NCBI GenBank assembly: GCA_977030845.1
Contig: OZ365112.1
Location: 13,268,001-13,332,000 of the forward strand
Direction of reading: 5' to 3'
Length of the DNA stretch: 64,000 bases
Origin: Fimbriosthenelais zetlandica
Taxonomy: Eukaryota
Positions within the stretch are counted from its first letter, which is position 1, and every line of letters starts with the position of its first letter. The position numbers were made by a program, and so were the translations under genes. Of this stretch, positions 10,994 to 24,263 are shown one piece after another. The notes below the pieces were generated by a model. It ran no database searches. It was not told the origin of the DNA and saw only the letters and a program-made list of their open reading frames with translations.

Positions 10994-11169
10994 ATGTTCA
11001 AGATCAGGGACAGATCCAGAATTTTGCAAATGTTTTAGATCCAGAATCCTAACCCCTTCTAAACATTAGTACTTAATATAAGTATTCTAATATATTCATA
11101 ATAACAATAAAGGGATATTGGCCTGTACAACGCATATTACACAGACAAATTTTTTGTAAATGTATGCGA

Positions 11170-11289
11170 CCTCCAGTTGAATTCTATTGGGGTAACACAT
11201 TTACGTGGGTATCGTCCTAAAATTCAATTATACTAGGGTAGGATATTTATGTGGGTATCACACCCTCCAATTGAATTATGTTGGGGTAG
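11170..11289. repeat. Degenerate inverted copy (~2.6 units) of the 46-bp minisatellite at 322-583
   Basis: CCTCCAGTTGAATTCTATTGGGG..ATTTACGTGGGTATCG and ATTTATGTGGGTATCACACCCTCCAATTGAATTATGTTGGGGTAG match the reverse complement of the unit. Confidence 0.85.
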
Positions 11290-11736
11290 CCTACCGTAGG
11301 TCATTTATGTATGTATTGCCCGCCACATTGTTAATTGTCACAACACGGGTTATAATATTTGACATTTTACCATTACGTTTTAGTTTTAGGGCAGCACATT
11401 TGAAAATTTCAATTAACTGCACTGGTGACTCATTGACTCATGCAAAATATTACACCTATATGTAATGATCAGCTAAATGACAATTACATCATGTATACGT
11501 TTTCCAGATTTATTTCTAAAATAAAATTATCCAGATGAACGTCAATTATTTCAGTTCTTATAAGTAATAAGTTGTGGTTTTAACAGGTTTGAAATCACAG
11601 TACTTAATTCTTAATACTTAAACAGAACATAATTCTTAGGCAAAGAACTTTCAACACAACACTTAATGCTAGTAATTTACCAGTTTTCCACTGTATTATT
11701 TTTTATAAAAATAAAGTTCAATCCACGCCTTCAACT

Positions 11737-14447
11737 CTAATGTGGAACTAAATGCACCTCCATCAAACTTGAAAAGATCACGGTCATCTGAAAGTATTAA
11801 CAGGTTAGGAAAAATATTAGACTGCAACTTATCATAGAATAACATTAATTTATCTTAATTTTTTTATGAAAATGGCAAAGACTGACTGGTATGAACCATG
11901 AACACTCACAGTCTTCTGATCGTTGATAGTTGTCAATATTCCTTCCTCATCCTCCACGACAAGATCAAATATGCCTGGCTTTCTTTCAGCTATAAAAAGG
12001 AATCTTTAGTTGTATGAAGGTAAATAAAATCGGATTATTAGAGTAAGTAACGTTACAAAATTAAATTAATTTACCTGTTCCTGTGTTTTCATGTTCTAAG
12101 ACCAACTCGCCAGTCGTCTGGTTACATTGAAGGACCTTGGCTTTCTGCAATAAAAATAATATTATTGAGTATACAATATATCTGCATAGATTACAGATCT
12201 ATATCATTGAAAAATCTGACTGATTATAAATTAGGAATTTTTGTAGTATATTATCGGGGGCAACAATACCTTGAATTCGGATACCTCAGGCGTGTAGCTT
12301 TCAGACATCTCCAACACCTACAGGAATTAAAAATAAAATACATGTCGTTATACAAATTGAAAAAATAAACACTCATAACATTGACTATTGCTAGTATTTG
12401 ACAAATATTAACCATGAACTCGTTTTTTGATTAAGATGCATAACTGTAGGAGAACCTTGAAAGCATGAACCAATGCTGCTTAAATATGACTCATAATACC
12501 TTGTAAACGATGGTATCTCCAGGTCTCGGAGGACCTACAAGCGGCGTCAAATTAGACACGTCTATAGGCACGGGCTTTTGTTCTTCGGCAGCTTCAACTT
12601 TAAGTCTGAGAGGCTCATCTTCAGATATACTAGTCTGGAACAGATAATATACTTTGCATAAGTATCTTGTGGATAATAATCTAGTGTAATGTCAGGGCAA
12701 ATCAGAACTAATAGCTTAACAACTGAACTTAGATTTCTATTATTAAAATAAAAAATATAGACAAATGTGGTTTGGGCAAAATAAATGAAGATTTTCTTCA
12801 CCTGTGATGTGGAGGATCCATTATCGGTAGCAGCAGTAGTAGTATAATTCTGTTCCTCACTAGACTGTGTACAAGACCCTGCCTTTTTAGGCCTGGGTCT
12901 ACTGAACACCTGGGCACCTTGTAACTTCTGGGCTTGTTTAGGAAGTCTTCTCTGACCCGCTGCACCGCCAGTTTTCTGTCTTTGATTTGGTGGTTTTGGC
13001 GGCGGCATGGCTACATAGCCTGGAACGTCATGACTGACAAATTCATCCACGGTCATCACTGACTCAGTTTGCAGTTTATTAGGAGCGTTAGTGGCATTTG
13101 TATCTTCTGTGGATGAAATAACATTCATTGGTTCTCCAGTCGTTGTGTTCATATTGGTTTCAGGGTCAGTGGATATTTCTACATCGATCAATACTTTATT
13201 ATTCTTTGCGTCTTCTGCCTGCTCATCTGACTTAATAGGTGGAATGTTTTTATTGTCAGATGAGATATAAACATCCATGGGAGTTTCATCACCAGAGTCA
13301 AACTTGATATACTCAGGTTGATCTATCTGACAACTGGACGTCCAGCTCCGGTTTGCCACTTGACCAAAATTGGCAATTTGGGGATTTGCAAGTTCTGTAG
13401 GAGCCTCCGCCGATGGGCCTGCATCAGGATTTCGGTTATCTTTCTTCTTTCTCTTCCTGCGCCTGACTTTTTTGCGTTGGGCAGCAGTTGTATTTCCTGG
13501 TGAATTGTCTTTTCCTTCAGGCAGACCATCAGATGGACCCTCAAGTGATACAGCAGGACCAGGTTCAGCTACTATCGCTATTTCATTTTTTAAATCTGGC
13601 TGAGGTACATTTTCCTGTCCGCCTTCCTTTTCTATTCTTATACGCTTCAGTTCCACTTCAAGGACAGAAGTCTCCACTTGCTTCTTGTCCGTCTTTTCAG
13701 TTTCTAAGTTTACACATTCAGTACCCTCAGTGTCTTGGACATTGTGAATTACGGGATCCTCAGTCTCCGCTGCATATTTCCTTTTGTTGGTCTCAGTCAC
13801 CAAAACGTCACCAGTCTGGGTAAGTAGACGTTTTTCTTCATCTGTTCCAACGCTTGCCACCCTGGATCTTTTGTCTTTATTGACTCTAAAGAAAATGATA
13901 AAATATTAGTTATGAAACCTGCAAAACATTACACTGACATATTTCTGTCAAAATGGAAATGTATGTAATGAGATAAGTATTTAACAATTTTATAAGCCTA
14001 CTATAGTATAAGTGAAAAAAAATCTAGAAAAAATACGTCACTGCTTAAGTTAAGTGCTTAGTACTAGGCCTACAGTCATTTTACAACAACGACAACGTTA
14101 ATTCTATCACACAAATAAGGCTGTTAGGGCCATTCTATGTAGGCCTATCATCATTTCTAAGTTCAAATACAAATTCCTCATCTTTCATTAGAATACACAA
14201 CAAACAGTGCCTACCTGACTTCAATATTGTCATGATCGCGGAGAAGGTAGACACTTTCAGTGGATGGTAGTAAACACCCGTCCATGTACAGCTCCATATA
14301 TTTAACCTTCACGGCATGTGTGCGGGCTATCACAGATTCCACATTTCTGATCGTTGACATATGATCTCTATCAATTAACATCCAGTAAGATTGTCCCAAA
14401 TGAGACAAGTGTAGCTTCACACGCACCTTTTCGCTGGCGGCCGCCAT
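11737..14447 (-). CDS. COIL: Coilin (Cajal body scaffold), ~566 aa
   Basis: Exons 14215-14447, 12802-13885, 12500-12634, 12270-12317, 12075-12144, 11910-11989 and 11737-11787, all GT-AG and in phase. N-terminal domain MAAASEKVRVKL..YWMLID..LYMDGCLLPSTES..LLRDHDNIEV; NLS RKKVRRRKRKKK; C-terminal Tudor-like PLVGPPRPGDTIVYKVLEMSESYTPEVSEFK. Confidence 0.93.
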
Positions 14448-14600
14448 CTTTAGTTTGACTTTCTGACCACCACCGCTGGAGAGTTCCACAGCGTTGTAAC
14501 GGGTGTAAGTACTTCCCGTGTTGTGTTTTGCCTCATTCTGCTTGGAAACGTCGGTTGTTTACTTCCGGTCCAGCAGATTTTCAGGTAAGTTCACCTTGTG
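14440..14600. promoter_or_regulatory. Putative bidirectional promoter for COIL and IQCK, with ETS and YY1-type motifs
   Basis: ACTTCCGG (ETS) at 14561-14568; GCCGCCATCTT (YY1 consensus) overlaps the coilin ATG; the divergent ATGs are 435 bp apart. Confidence 0.6.
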
Positions 14601-14881
14601 AGATCTGAGAAAAAGGTGACTTCTGCCTTATTTCTCTACGGAATTATATTTTACCGCTTCGATTCATCGGATGTTGGCAAATTCCATATGTGGAATAGGA
14701 TAATTTGGAAATAATTTAACGCGATTAATGTTTTCAGAGGACGTAAATAGCTGACTCCAGTCCAGTGCAGTTCGCTTGCTCAGAACGAGAAAATTTGGTG
14801 ATCGGTGAATCCTTTCACTGCTGATATCTTTGATTTATACTTAATCATCCATCAGATTATTGGACACAATCTCAGAGGAAT

Positions 14882-16539
14882 ATGTCTGTAATTACGAGGG
14901 TTCCAGAACCCAATCTCTGGGAAACAATATGCAGAGGTAGGCTATACATTATATATTAAATTAAACTTTCTAATTTCTAACTTCTCACTCAGACTCAGTC
15001 TTCCGCCTGAGACATGATGAGTCCTGTCCTGAACATTATATTATTCAAAACAATAATTAGGTCATGTGCATGAAACTTATGATGATTTAATTATCTTACA
15101 GAATTCTCCAACATAAGGCCTACTTTTAATGATGACGACGCGGCCTCAGTTAAAACAGAGAAGGAAGATTATGACCCTTCTAAAGTTTCTCCTGTTTTCT
15201 ATGGTAATATGGCCACCAAGGTGGGCTCAGACAGTAACCCTACAGAAGGCTTCGATTCTTCTCGTTCACACCCTGCTCTAATAGGATATTCCTACCTAGA
15301 GAAACCACCTCAGTCCCCGCCTCCACCACCACCCTCTCCACCCAACAGAAACTCATGTAAGTTTGCTATTTTAATTTGCGTACAATCTAACTTTCAGTGA
15401 CTGTAGGCATCTCACTCAGTTCCATACAGTTATTTGATACTATTAGTATCTGTAGCCTATTATTTTCTTCTCTATAACCTACATAAAATACATGTGTTTA
15501 GACTTTTTGTGTGTTTAAACTTTGACATATTTCCTTTCAGGTACACCTCGCGAATATTTAGAGCATTATATTTTCCCAGTTCTACTTCCTGCCTTAGAAG
15601 ATATGCTAAAACAAGCGAAGTTAGAAAGATGCTTTGAGGTAAGTATTTCCTAAGTAGTTCTATATCATTATGTACTTGATAATAAAAAAAAAACTGGGAA
15701 TACATTGCTTGGAACATTAGAGAATACATCTGATAATTTCCCTAAAATAATTTTATGTACTCCTCTTCTTCAGAGGAAACGAACGAAATTTAACGCCCTG
15801 GACTTCCTGACTGAGTACCTTTACACGTGAGTTTTCGAACCATTCACTCATTTTCTTAATTAAATTGGACAGGGAGTTTGGACAGGGAGTCTCCCTCACC
15901 CTCCCTTTAAAATGTATCAATATCTGCAATCACAAAGTTGTGATTTCTTTCAGGCACAATCCCAAGAAAGAAGACAGAGAAGATGTAGTACTATGGGACA
16001 TACCTTTTGTCAAGGAATGGCTAAAAGACCAGTAAGTATTTTAATGATAATTTTAGAATACCATTCCCGTAATTCTATTTTGTACTAGGCCATTATAAAC
16101 TGTCTCATGTTATCACTTTTCAATATTTTAGTCCTCGACCGCCACTACCAAAATCACTGCTATGGTCAGAAGAAGAGGCAGCACTCATCATCCAATCTCA
16201 TTGGCGCGCATACAAGGTAGGCAACAATTATTTATTGTTCCCAATAGCTTCACTGTTCACTTCATATTTCAACACGTAGGCTACAGATATGTGTTGTGAT
16301 TTGTGGCATATCATGAGAATGTTCATTCTCTTTAGGTGCGAATTCTGCCAGAGGTGTGTGAACTAAGAACTTGGCAAAAGGAGTGGCGCGCTGAGAACGA
16401 AAACATTTCTAACAAAGTCAGCGATTTCTGGAACAAACAGATGCCAAACAACAACGAACCAACACCCAACGCCTCAGAGGAGCAGATAGCCGAGGTGGAG
16501 AAAGATATCTCAGTCCAATCACCGGCACCTCCAATGTAA
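14882..16539 (+). CDS. IQCK: IQ domain-containing protein K, ~275 aa
   Basis: Exons 14882-14936, 15102-15356, 15541-15638, 15774-15826, 15954-16031, 16132-16216 and 16336-16539, all in phase. Motifs PNLWETIC, CTPREYLEHYIFPVLLPAL, CFERKRTKFNALDFLTEYL, HPRPPLPKSLL and IQ motif IIQSHWRAYKVR match recalled IQCK. Confidence 0.93.
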
Positions 16540-16815
16540 AGAGGCAATAGGTTTTACCGATTAGAGACTAAGTAGAATTTGACCAGTGGGATGTATTTAA
16601 TTATTATTAAGTGGGGATGTCTGAGGGGAGATATTCTTGTGTGTGATTATTTATCCAAATGTAATTTGGATCTAATAGACCCTATTACTGTCTAACCTAT
16701 ACCTGCATACATGTACATATGATATTTTATCATTGGATACACTAGAATAAATTTAAGATTCTTATGTTTGTCTAAATCTTTTTTTGTCAAAAGCTAAAAG
16801 ATTGTGACCTAATTC

Positions 16816-16863
16816 GGGATTGAATGATTCAATCCTTATTGCAATAATGGGATTCTCAATCCC
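16816..16863. repeat. Nested triple palindrome
   Basis: GGGATTGAAT-G-ATTCAATCC, then TTATTGCAATAA, then GGGATT-CTC-AATCCC; the outer ends GGGATTGA and TCAATCCC are also complementary. Confidence 0.8.
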
Positions 16864-19800
16864 TGAAGACCTTAAACCTCGGGGGAGAAGCAGCTTCAGT
16901 GTTTAGCCTCAGAGAGCAGCACTGTACAACGAGCCTGATGCTGACTGACTCTGGTATAAGTAAAGTACCATTGATTGCAACACTCAAGAGATCCATTGTA
17001 AACGTACCCACCTTTTTAACACTTCAGTTGCTGCATCTCAACCGCATCAAAGCAAAATTCACGATAAAATCGTCCATCAGCCTGGCCCGAAAGGCAAAGA
17101 CGATCAGCCTGGCCCTAAAAAAAACAAAAGTTAAATTAATATTTTGGTTTCTCCTTGAAATTGGTTAAAAAAAAATGACCGCTGCCATTGTTTTCCAACC
17201 TGAAAACAAATATTTTTAATGTCAATAATTTCTTTCATTGCCTGACCGTTTCAAATATTTCTATCAAAGGAAAAATTACTTAAATGGAAAAAGAGAGGGA
17301 CTAGAGAGGGACAACAGTGATAGTTGAAGGTCTTATAAGTAGTCATATTTTCCCCGTCGTATATTGACAGCTAGACCACTGATTATTTAAGTGTTGCAGG
17401 TAGAAGTTAATAAAAAGTCTCACGCCTGCTAAGACATCCTCAATGCATCATAATCTCCAAGAGGCCACGTGCTGATATACACACATATGTCTTCAATAGA
17501 CGTTGATTACCGAGGTCCGTGTGGTTTACATGACTGGCTTTATCCTATGTAATTGTAGGCAATATCATGTTAGTGAGGCAGGCAGCTGGAGAGGGCAACC
17601 TAAGATGGTCCTTAACTAAGGCCATTGTTTGTTTTGTATTTGGATCTCGTGTAACCTGCTAGGGTTTCTAGATGTCCCAGCATAGCTACACGTGTGGTCA
17701 ATTGACGTGTGGGTGATAGGTGTTCTTATACCCCTTCCACAGGTCTACTAAGCCCTTCACTTCCCACATAGTTTACCTTTTCGAATTAAACTAAACGGAG
17801 CTCTGTCACTCATTTCATTTAAAATATAGCCTCTTATACACAGCGTGTTCTTTTTTAATGAAAGTTCATTCTCATCTTGATGAACTGTGGATGGTGGGGG
17901 GCTTGTCTCCCATAAGCCCCCCTCCACTCTAAGTTGCAGTCCCACATTTCTTCCCTCTACATCAATTTATCATGTCACCTGGGTGTGGCTTCATGCCAGC
18001 CCTGCAGTGTCAGATACAATTAGAGACAAGGCCTGGCAATAGACGACTAATTAAGGCTTCTACTGGCTGCCGCGCCTTCCAGCCCTGCCCATCTCTTAAC
18101 ATTGATCTTCCTCCTCCTCCCCACTTCCTCTCAAGGCTTCTTCTTACATATAGCTTTAGAGTTTTCTCCTCTACCCTTATCTCCTATATGTTCTGAACCA
18201 AGGCTCAAATCTACCCAAGGCAGCCATATCTTAAGCCAAGGGCTTTTGCTCCCTTCTATACTCATGCTACCTTCTATTATACCTTCAATAAAGGTATCAC
18301 TGCCGTTGGAGCATATGATAATACGACATTTGAAACAATGTGTGTTAGGGCATTCTTAACATTTTTTGTCATCTCTTCATGGTTCTATAGGTAATCCCCA
18401 CACTTTCCTCTCATTACTAAACATACCATATATTGTGCTCACCTATTTTAAATTCTTCTCCATCTCCTTACATTAAACTTAGATATAGTTTTATAGATTT
18501 AGGGGAAGTGTATTGGGCGTGGTGGTAATAAAGGATTTAGCTGAGGATGAGGATTTTGGTCATGCACCATTTGTGAGAGTCGACCATACATGTTCCCTGA
18601 TAAACTATGATAGATCTAATCCCTGGCCCATCCCCTTTATCTCCCTCATTTTGCATGGTAACCATTTTTCAACCGTATATCACATTCATCCGCCTGGGAG
18701 AATCCCTCCTATAATCTTAGTCAAGAGCATGGAGCCATATACATCGTTTACAGGACCCTATATCTATAGCCCTTAATCACTCTGCCTATTAGGAGACATT
18801 GAATTAGGTAATGTCATGAGCCATTATTCATATAAAACCTGGGGCAATTACCTAGTCAATCCACAGACAAGTATAATATTACTCCCCCACTTAGCCCAAC
18901 CTCATTAAGGGTCTAATTACAGGAGCTTGATTAGCAATAGGATTTGGATATAAGCGCACCTGTGGGGTGGGATGGATGGATGTGTGTAGAAGGGTACAGC
19001 CTGGTAGTATTCTAGGGCCAGATAAACAACTGGCAGGCGGTGAACACTAACAAAGTGATCGATTTATCATATGGCACAAGACGAAAAAAGGTCTATATAG
19101 GATAAAGGCATCATTCCCTGGGGCATTTAGTGCTAAAAGAATGACCCCATCTCCATGTGTCTGGATATTAAACAAAGAAGGGATTATTTGCCCAACAGTT
19201 CTGGCTGCAGGCGTCATATTCCACAACAGTGGCTGTTTCTATAGTCAATTTGGGCTGTACTCGGAATGCCCAAAATCTTATCTATAAAAGCAGATCTCTA
19301 TAATGGTTCTGGATAATGGTTCAAATCTCACTCCAGAGACAAACTGCTTTACTTTCATCCATCAAAAATTTCCCTGTCCATAGATTGGTTGGCCATGGCC
19401 CCCGCAGTCAAGCAGCGAAGCTCCATTTTGCTTTTCATTTCAAAAGACATCAAATCCCCACAGGATGAAATTGATGAAGGCGATCAGTCGCATCGAGTGA
19501 GGAGACTAGTTAAATCAAGTCCCGTTTTGTCAGTCAGTCCATCCATCCATCTCTCTCACCACAATTAGAGCTCTCATTCCTACTCTCTCTAATTTCAAAG
19601 CCCTGTTCGCACTGTCGTCATGCAACAACTTTTCTGACTGACTTTAATCGTTCATTTGGCCTCATTTATATTATTCGTTGATCATTACTACGATCAATTC
19701 CTGGGCAGAAACTTGCCAAAAGTTTGAAAACTATGTTGTTCAAGGTTGAAGAGGCTTAGTGACTTTTCTCTCCTCTAACAAGCTCTCTGGCATATAGAGA

Positions 19801-22800
19801 ATCTCTGGCATATAGAGAAGGTATACAAGAATACATAAGACACATTTGGTCTCATCTTCTACACTTTACATACAATCACTCACTAAGATTTACTTGCTTG
19901 ATCTCAGAGTTGGAAAGCTGGTTTGAAACATAATGAATCGCTGAGTACTGTAAAAAGCGTCCCATTTCCAAACGCTGCTCTCACGCTATTCGTCACGTCC
20001 ACGTAATGGCGGTTTTTCCATGGCAGTCATCAAACGCTTCAAGTACCTCAGCGTTTTGGCAATTCGTCTGTTTTCACAACTGAATTTTTCATATCTTGCA
20101 ATGCTACGATTGTATCGGTTAATGCCATTTTCTTTTTCAAGTAGCAATGAAATTGAAACGAATGAATTAATGAATAGTCAATCAGGCCCCATCCTGTGAG
20201 AGACGTGTGGGTCTCTGATTGATTGGACCACCCCAGCGTCACGGGGAACATATTCATTTATAACTGAATTATTCAAAGTTAAATTGAAGAATCTCGGCCA
20301 AATCTCTCCACTTAATAGCTTTATAGCTCCATTCATCATCCAACGAAAACCCATAATTTATGCATTCGATTTCCCAACATTTTCTGGAGGATTCACTTTC
20401 CCAGGGCATTCATTTCCTGGTCCATGAACTTCTGTATATTTCCCATCCCCAGTTTCTCATAGTTGTTAAAGTATAAGATGCCTACATACAGCCTATACTT
20501 CATTGAATGGGTAGTTTTTATGAGGGCATTTTAAACAGGATATTACCAAACTGATTATGGAGGCTTAGCCTAATTAAGATACAGCATTTCCCATTTTTCA
20601 CCCGCTCTCCATTCATCAAACATACCTACCAATTATTAATATTAATTTCCAGGGGTCATTTGTGCAAGGGTGGGCCCAACACTTTCCATTCTTTATGACC
20701 TTCTTAAATCCTATTATTTCTTTGAGTCGTGTGCCTTTACGAGCTCCGCCTTTTGTTGGTATGATAGGGCTGGTGGTTAAGGCAAGTAATAAGGAAGCAT
20801 TTATAAATCAGGGGGTTTGCCAGCACTCCGACCCTCGACAGACTTATCCGCCACATGGGGTTGCTTTTGGCACCATTTGTAACCTGTTGCAGACGTCATT
20901 GACTGTCCTCTCTAAGCAAACCATATTGGGAAAAAATGCCGGCAGATTTACAATGGCCAGGCAGCTGCTTAACTCACCCAGTGTGATCAATTGGTATAAA
21001 CCGAGACCAACATATCACCAGCAGGTCTGCCATTTGTTGTTCTGCCCTCTTTTTCCTGGTTTGAAATATAAGTATGAAACATTCCATATATAAGCACTAT
21101 TTTATAGTGGAGGTCTTTCATCATAAGAATTCATCCAATAATTTGTCTACCTCAACTGCTGAGGACTTAATTTTTCTAACAAAGAATATAGGATCGATCA
21201 AATGACGGACCTTGTTTTCCTGGATAAGAGGGGAGGTTGGTTCTGGTTCTGGTGGGTGGTGGGTGGGGGTTGGGGTTCTGTCTCTCCCCTTCGAGATGGA
21301 GAGACTGGAGACTAAAACTAGTCTATAGGTTTTCATACACAACAAAACTCAAGAGACAGATCTGCATGGTACAAGTGAGTGTGAATAGACTTCCAACTCA
21401 GACTCAATAGGGAAGACTGACCACTGCATTAATGTGACCATTGTCATATAATCCAGAGACCTAGGTTTATACTGTATTGATATAGAGGGTACCTATCATG
21501 TCAAAGTGAACATATCCTGAACAAAAACACTCAACTTAGTCACTTAGTGCACACAGGGTTTACAGAAGAAGTCTACTTTTGTTTGCATTATAGTGCAGGG
21601 TACAGGATTCTGCACTTTGAAATGGAAACCATCAACCCTTCAGAGGAAGGTATACAGATGAATTTTACTATTATTTATACAAGAAAAATTCGTTTTTCTA
21701 AACACCAGAAAGATGTTTAATCATCCACTCGTGACATAAAATGTTTGTGAATAAGTCTACCAAATCAAATAAATGCCATTTACCAGAAATAAAGCAATTT
21801 ACACGAAGAAAAAGGGCAGGCTGTAGAAGAGCTAGAAAAACGATCAAATCCAAACAGAACTCACGTTTTCTCTAACAGCCTGTAGAAAATAAGGCCAACA
21901 TAAACTTAAGTCCCACCTGATGGTGTCGGGTGGAAAAGCTATAGGCTACCAGTTGGGTGCTGCTTTCTATGAAAACATATAAAAACCCAAACCATGGGAC
22001 ATCTATATATATTCCTTCAGTTTTAAACGTCGACCGCATGCTGCAAAAACATTTCTCTACTCTACTGACCCTGTCATTGCTCACAGACGAATACGTACAA
22101 CCCCTGATAAAACTTTCATTAAAAAATGGAATAATTACAAGAGCTGGATATATCCATCATATCATATATATCTACCCTCTCCTTTAGCAAGAATGATATG
22201 CCACTTTCACCAAAGTAATGATGTTAAAGTTTCATTAAAAATATTAATTCACCAAATCACCAAAGTTGTTGATGTATCCCAAATTGGTTTTAGTGCATTC
22301 ACTTGTTTTGGAGGCGGGTATTCTGATCATGTCCGTCTGCACCTCACGTCCTTCAATCAGCGCCTATATTGCACTTTGCCACCTCTTTTATGTATGGCGG
22401 GGCTGGAGGCTGGGACCCCAACCACCGGAGGTCAAAATGTATAGAAAATGGAGGATAATGACCTGATGTCACTTTCCCATCATGGATCCTTTTATTAGGA
22501 GATTGTTTCTGCTGAAGTGCCACATTTTTAATCTTCTCCAGCTTCCTCAGCATGGAAGGTTCGGTCTGGCCACAGATGTTCAATCTTTGAAGGGTGGGAT
22601 GTGAGTTGGTATATGAGAGATAATGCATCGCTTTTATGGGACAAGTTCGCTTCCTCTGCAAGTACGAGGTGATGGTTCAATTCAAAGCAAATGCAGATGA
22701 GGTCCAATATTCATCATGGACAAAAAACGGAGAGAAAGGACAGCCCAGCATGAGAGGAATAGGAATCAGTGGTAGAAAGTGGGACAATTTCCGCTGCACT

Positions 22801-24263
22801 TTGATGCTTTATTCATGCAGTGGGCGATAAAGATTAGTTCAACCTCGTGCATTAAAAGGCAAAATCGGTTGGTGACCAAATGGCTGGGAACGCGAACATT
22901 TTACTGGTGATTCAGATGGATTTGTGGAATGACAAATGTGGATTTTTAACGTAATTGGGAAATTGCTTATCTGCGAATCTTTTTTATTAGGTCTTTATCT
23001 TGTTGATTCTCATTGGCAACGATTTACCTCAACAACACATGATCTCCTATAGTAAAGAACAATACCTTTGAAAACTGTAAAACGTTGGTATGGTAGGAAA
23101 AAAGAATGAACCCTGTGTCCTAGATTTATAAGATGTTAGTGGCCTTAATTAGACCAAGACCTAAATTCGTTAGCGTTTCAAATTAGTTCCTCAGGTTCCT
23201 ATCCATCAGTTTTTGAGGGAAGAAATTAACATTAGTGTGTAGAGATTAATACTTACATGGTGTGGTGAGGAGCGGTTTAATCACAGATGTCTTCTATTCC
23301 CTACATAATATATTACTTCCAGAAAATCAACAGGCAAGATCTGGAAAAAGATACATGCTTCCCCACGTCACTACATCCGACCACGCCCTTGGTGCCTGCC
23401 TGATTCATCTAAAAAGTCCAATAAATAAACACTGGCATTTAGTTTATATTCAGGACCTCCTGTTGGAATATGTGGTTAAAAAAGTGAAGATATCTAACAG
23501 AGTACTGAGATTCATTGATCTATATCAACCTTGCATCTTCGGGTAAAATCTGTTTAATAAAGTAATACTGATATGTTCCTGATTAAGGATGTATTCCTCA
23601 GTAAATTACTCAACAATTAAGGGTTCACAATATTTTTTATTTGTATATTTCGTATACAGCGTTCAATGCTTATGAGTATGTTATACATTTTAAGTTAGCC
23701 AATATCATTAAATGTTCTTAATGCATTTCTTTAGTGATCGACCTATTTGAGTTTATATTACATAATTATACTAATTTGAATGTTGAATCATTAAGGGCAA
23801 ATTAATTCCACAAAATCATAACATTCAGGCATTAGGCGCAAAAGAAATGTCACTCACTTACAAGTATATTAAAAGGAATGTACATTGTATATACAATGGA
23901 TGACAAATACATAAGTAACTCACAAACTTCTATGCATATGATATATACATTGACGCATTAACATAGATGTGAACGTTACCTGGATGGACTTATCTTTGAA
24001 TAGACATAAAAATAATAACTATTTACATATAATATACCATCAAATAATGGGACAGAGAGTGAACTGTGACAAACATATTTTATGAATTTAACAAGTCATG
24101 GAAGATGCGACAACTCCTTAAATGATGTTTTCTTAATTATGTAAGATTCCAAGAAAATCATTATAATCCATGTCGATGATTTAGGATCATTATTTTCTTG
24201 AGTTCTTGAGAATCTACTAATGACACGTGCACACTGCAATCGTTAATTAAAGACATTAAAACA

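Noticed and set aside
8062-13823. Antisense ORFs over the 1026-aa ORF and coilin (e.g. 10138-10743, 13488-13823)
   Set aside because: These are shadow frames of low-complexity coding sequence.
19784-19819. Short tandem duplications (18 bp here; 13 bp near 15864-15889; ~17 bp near 58062-58104; ATCAGCCTGGCCC twice near 17076-17115)
   Set aside because: Ordinary slippage-type duplications with no further structure.
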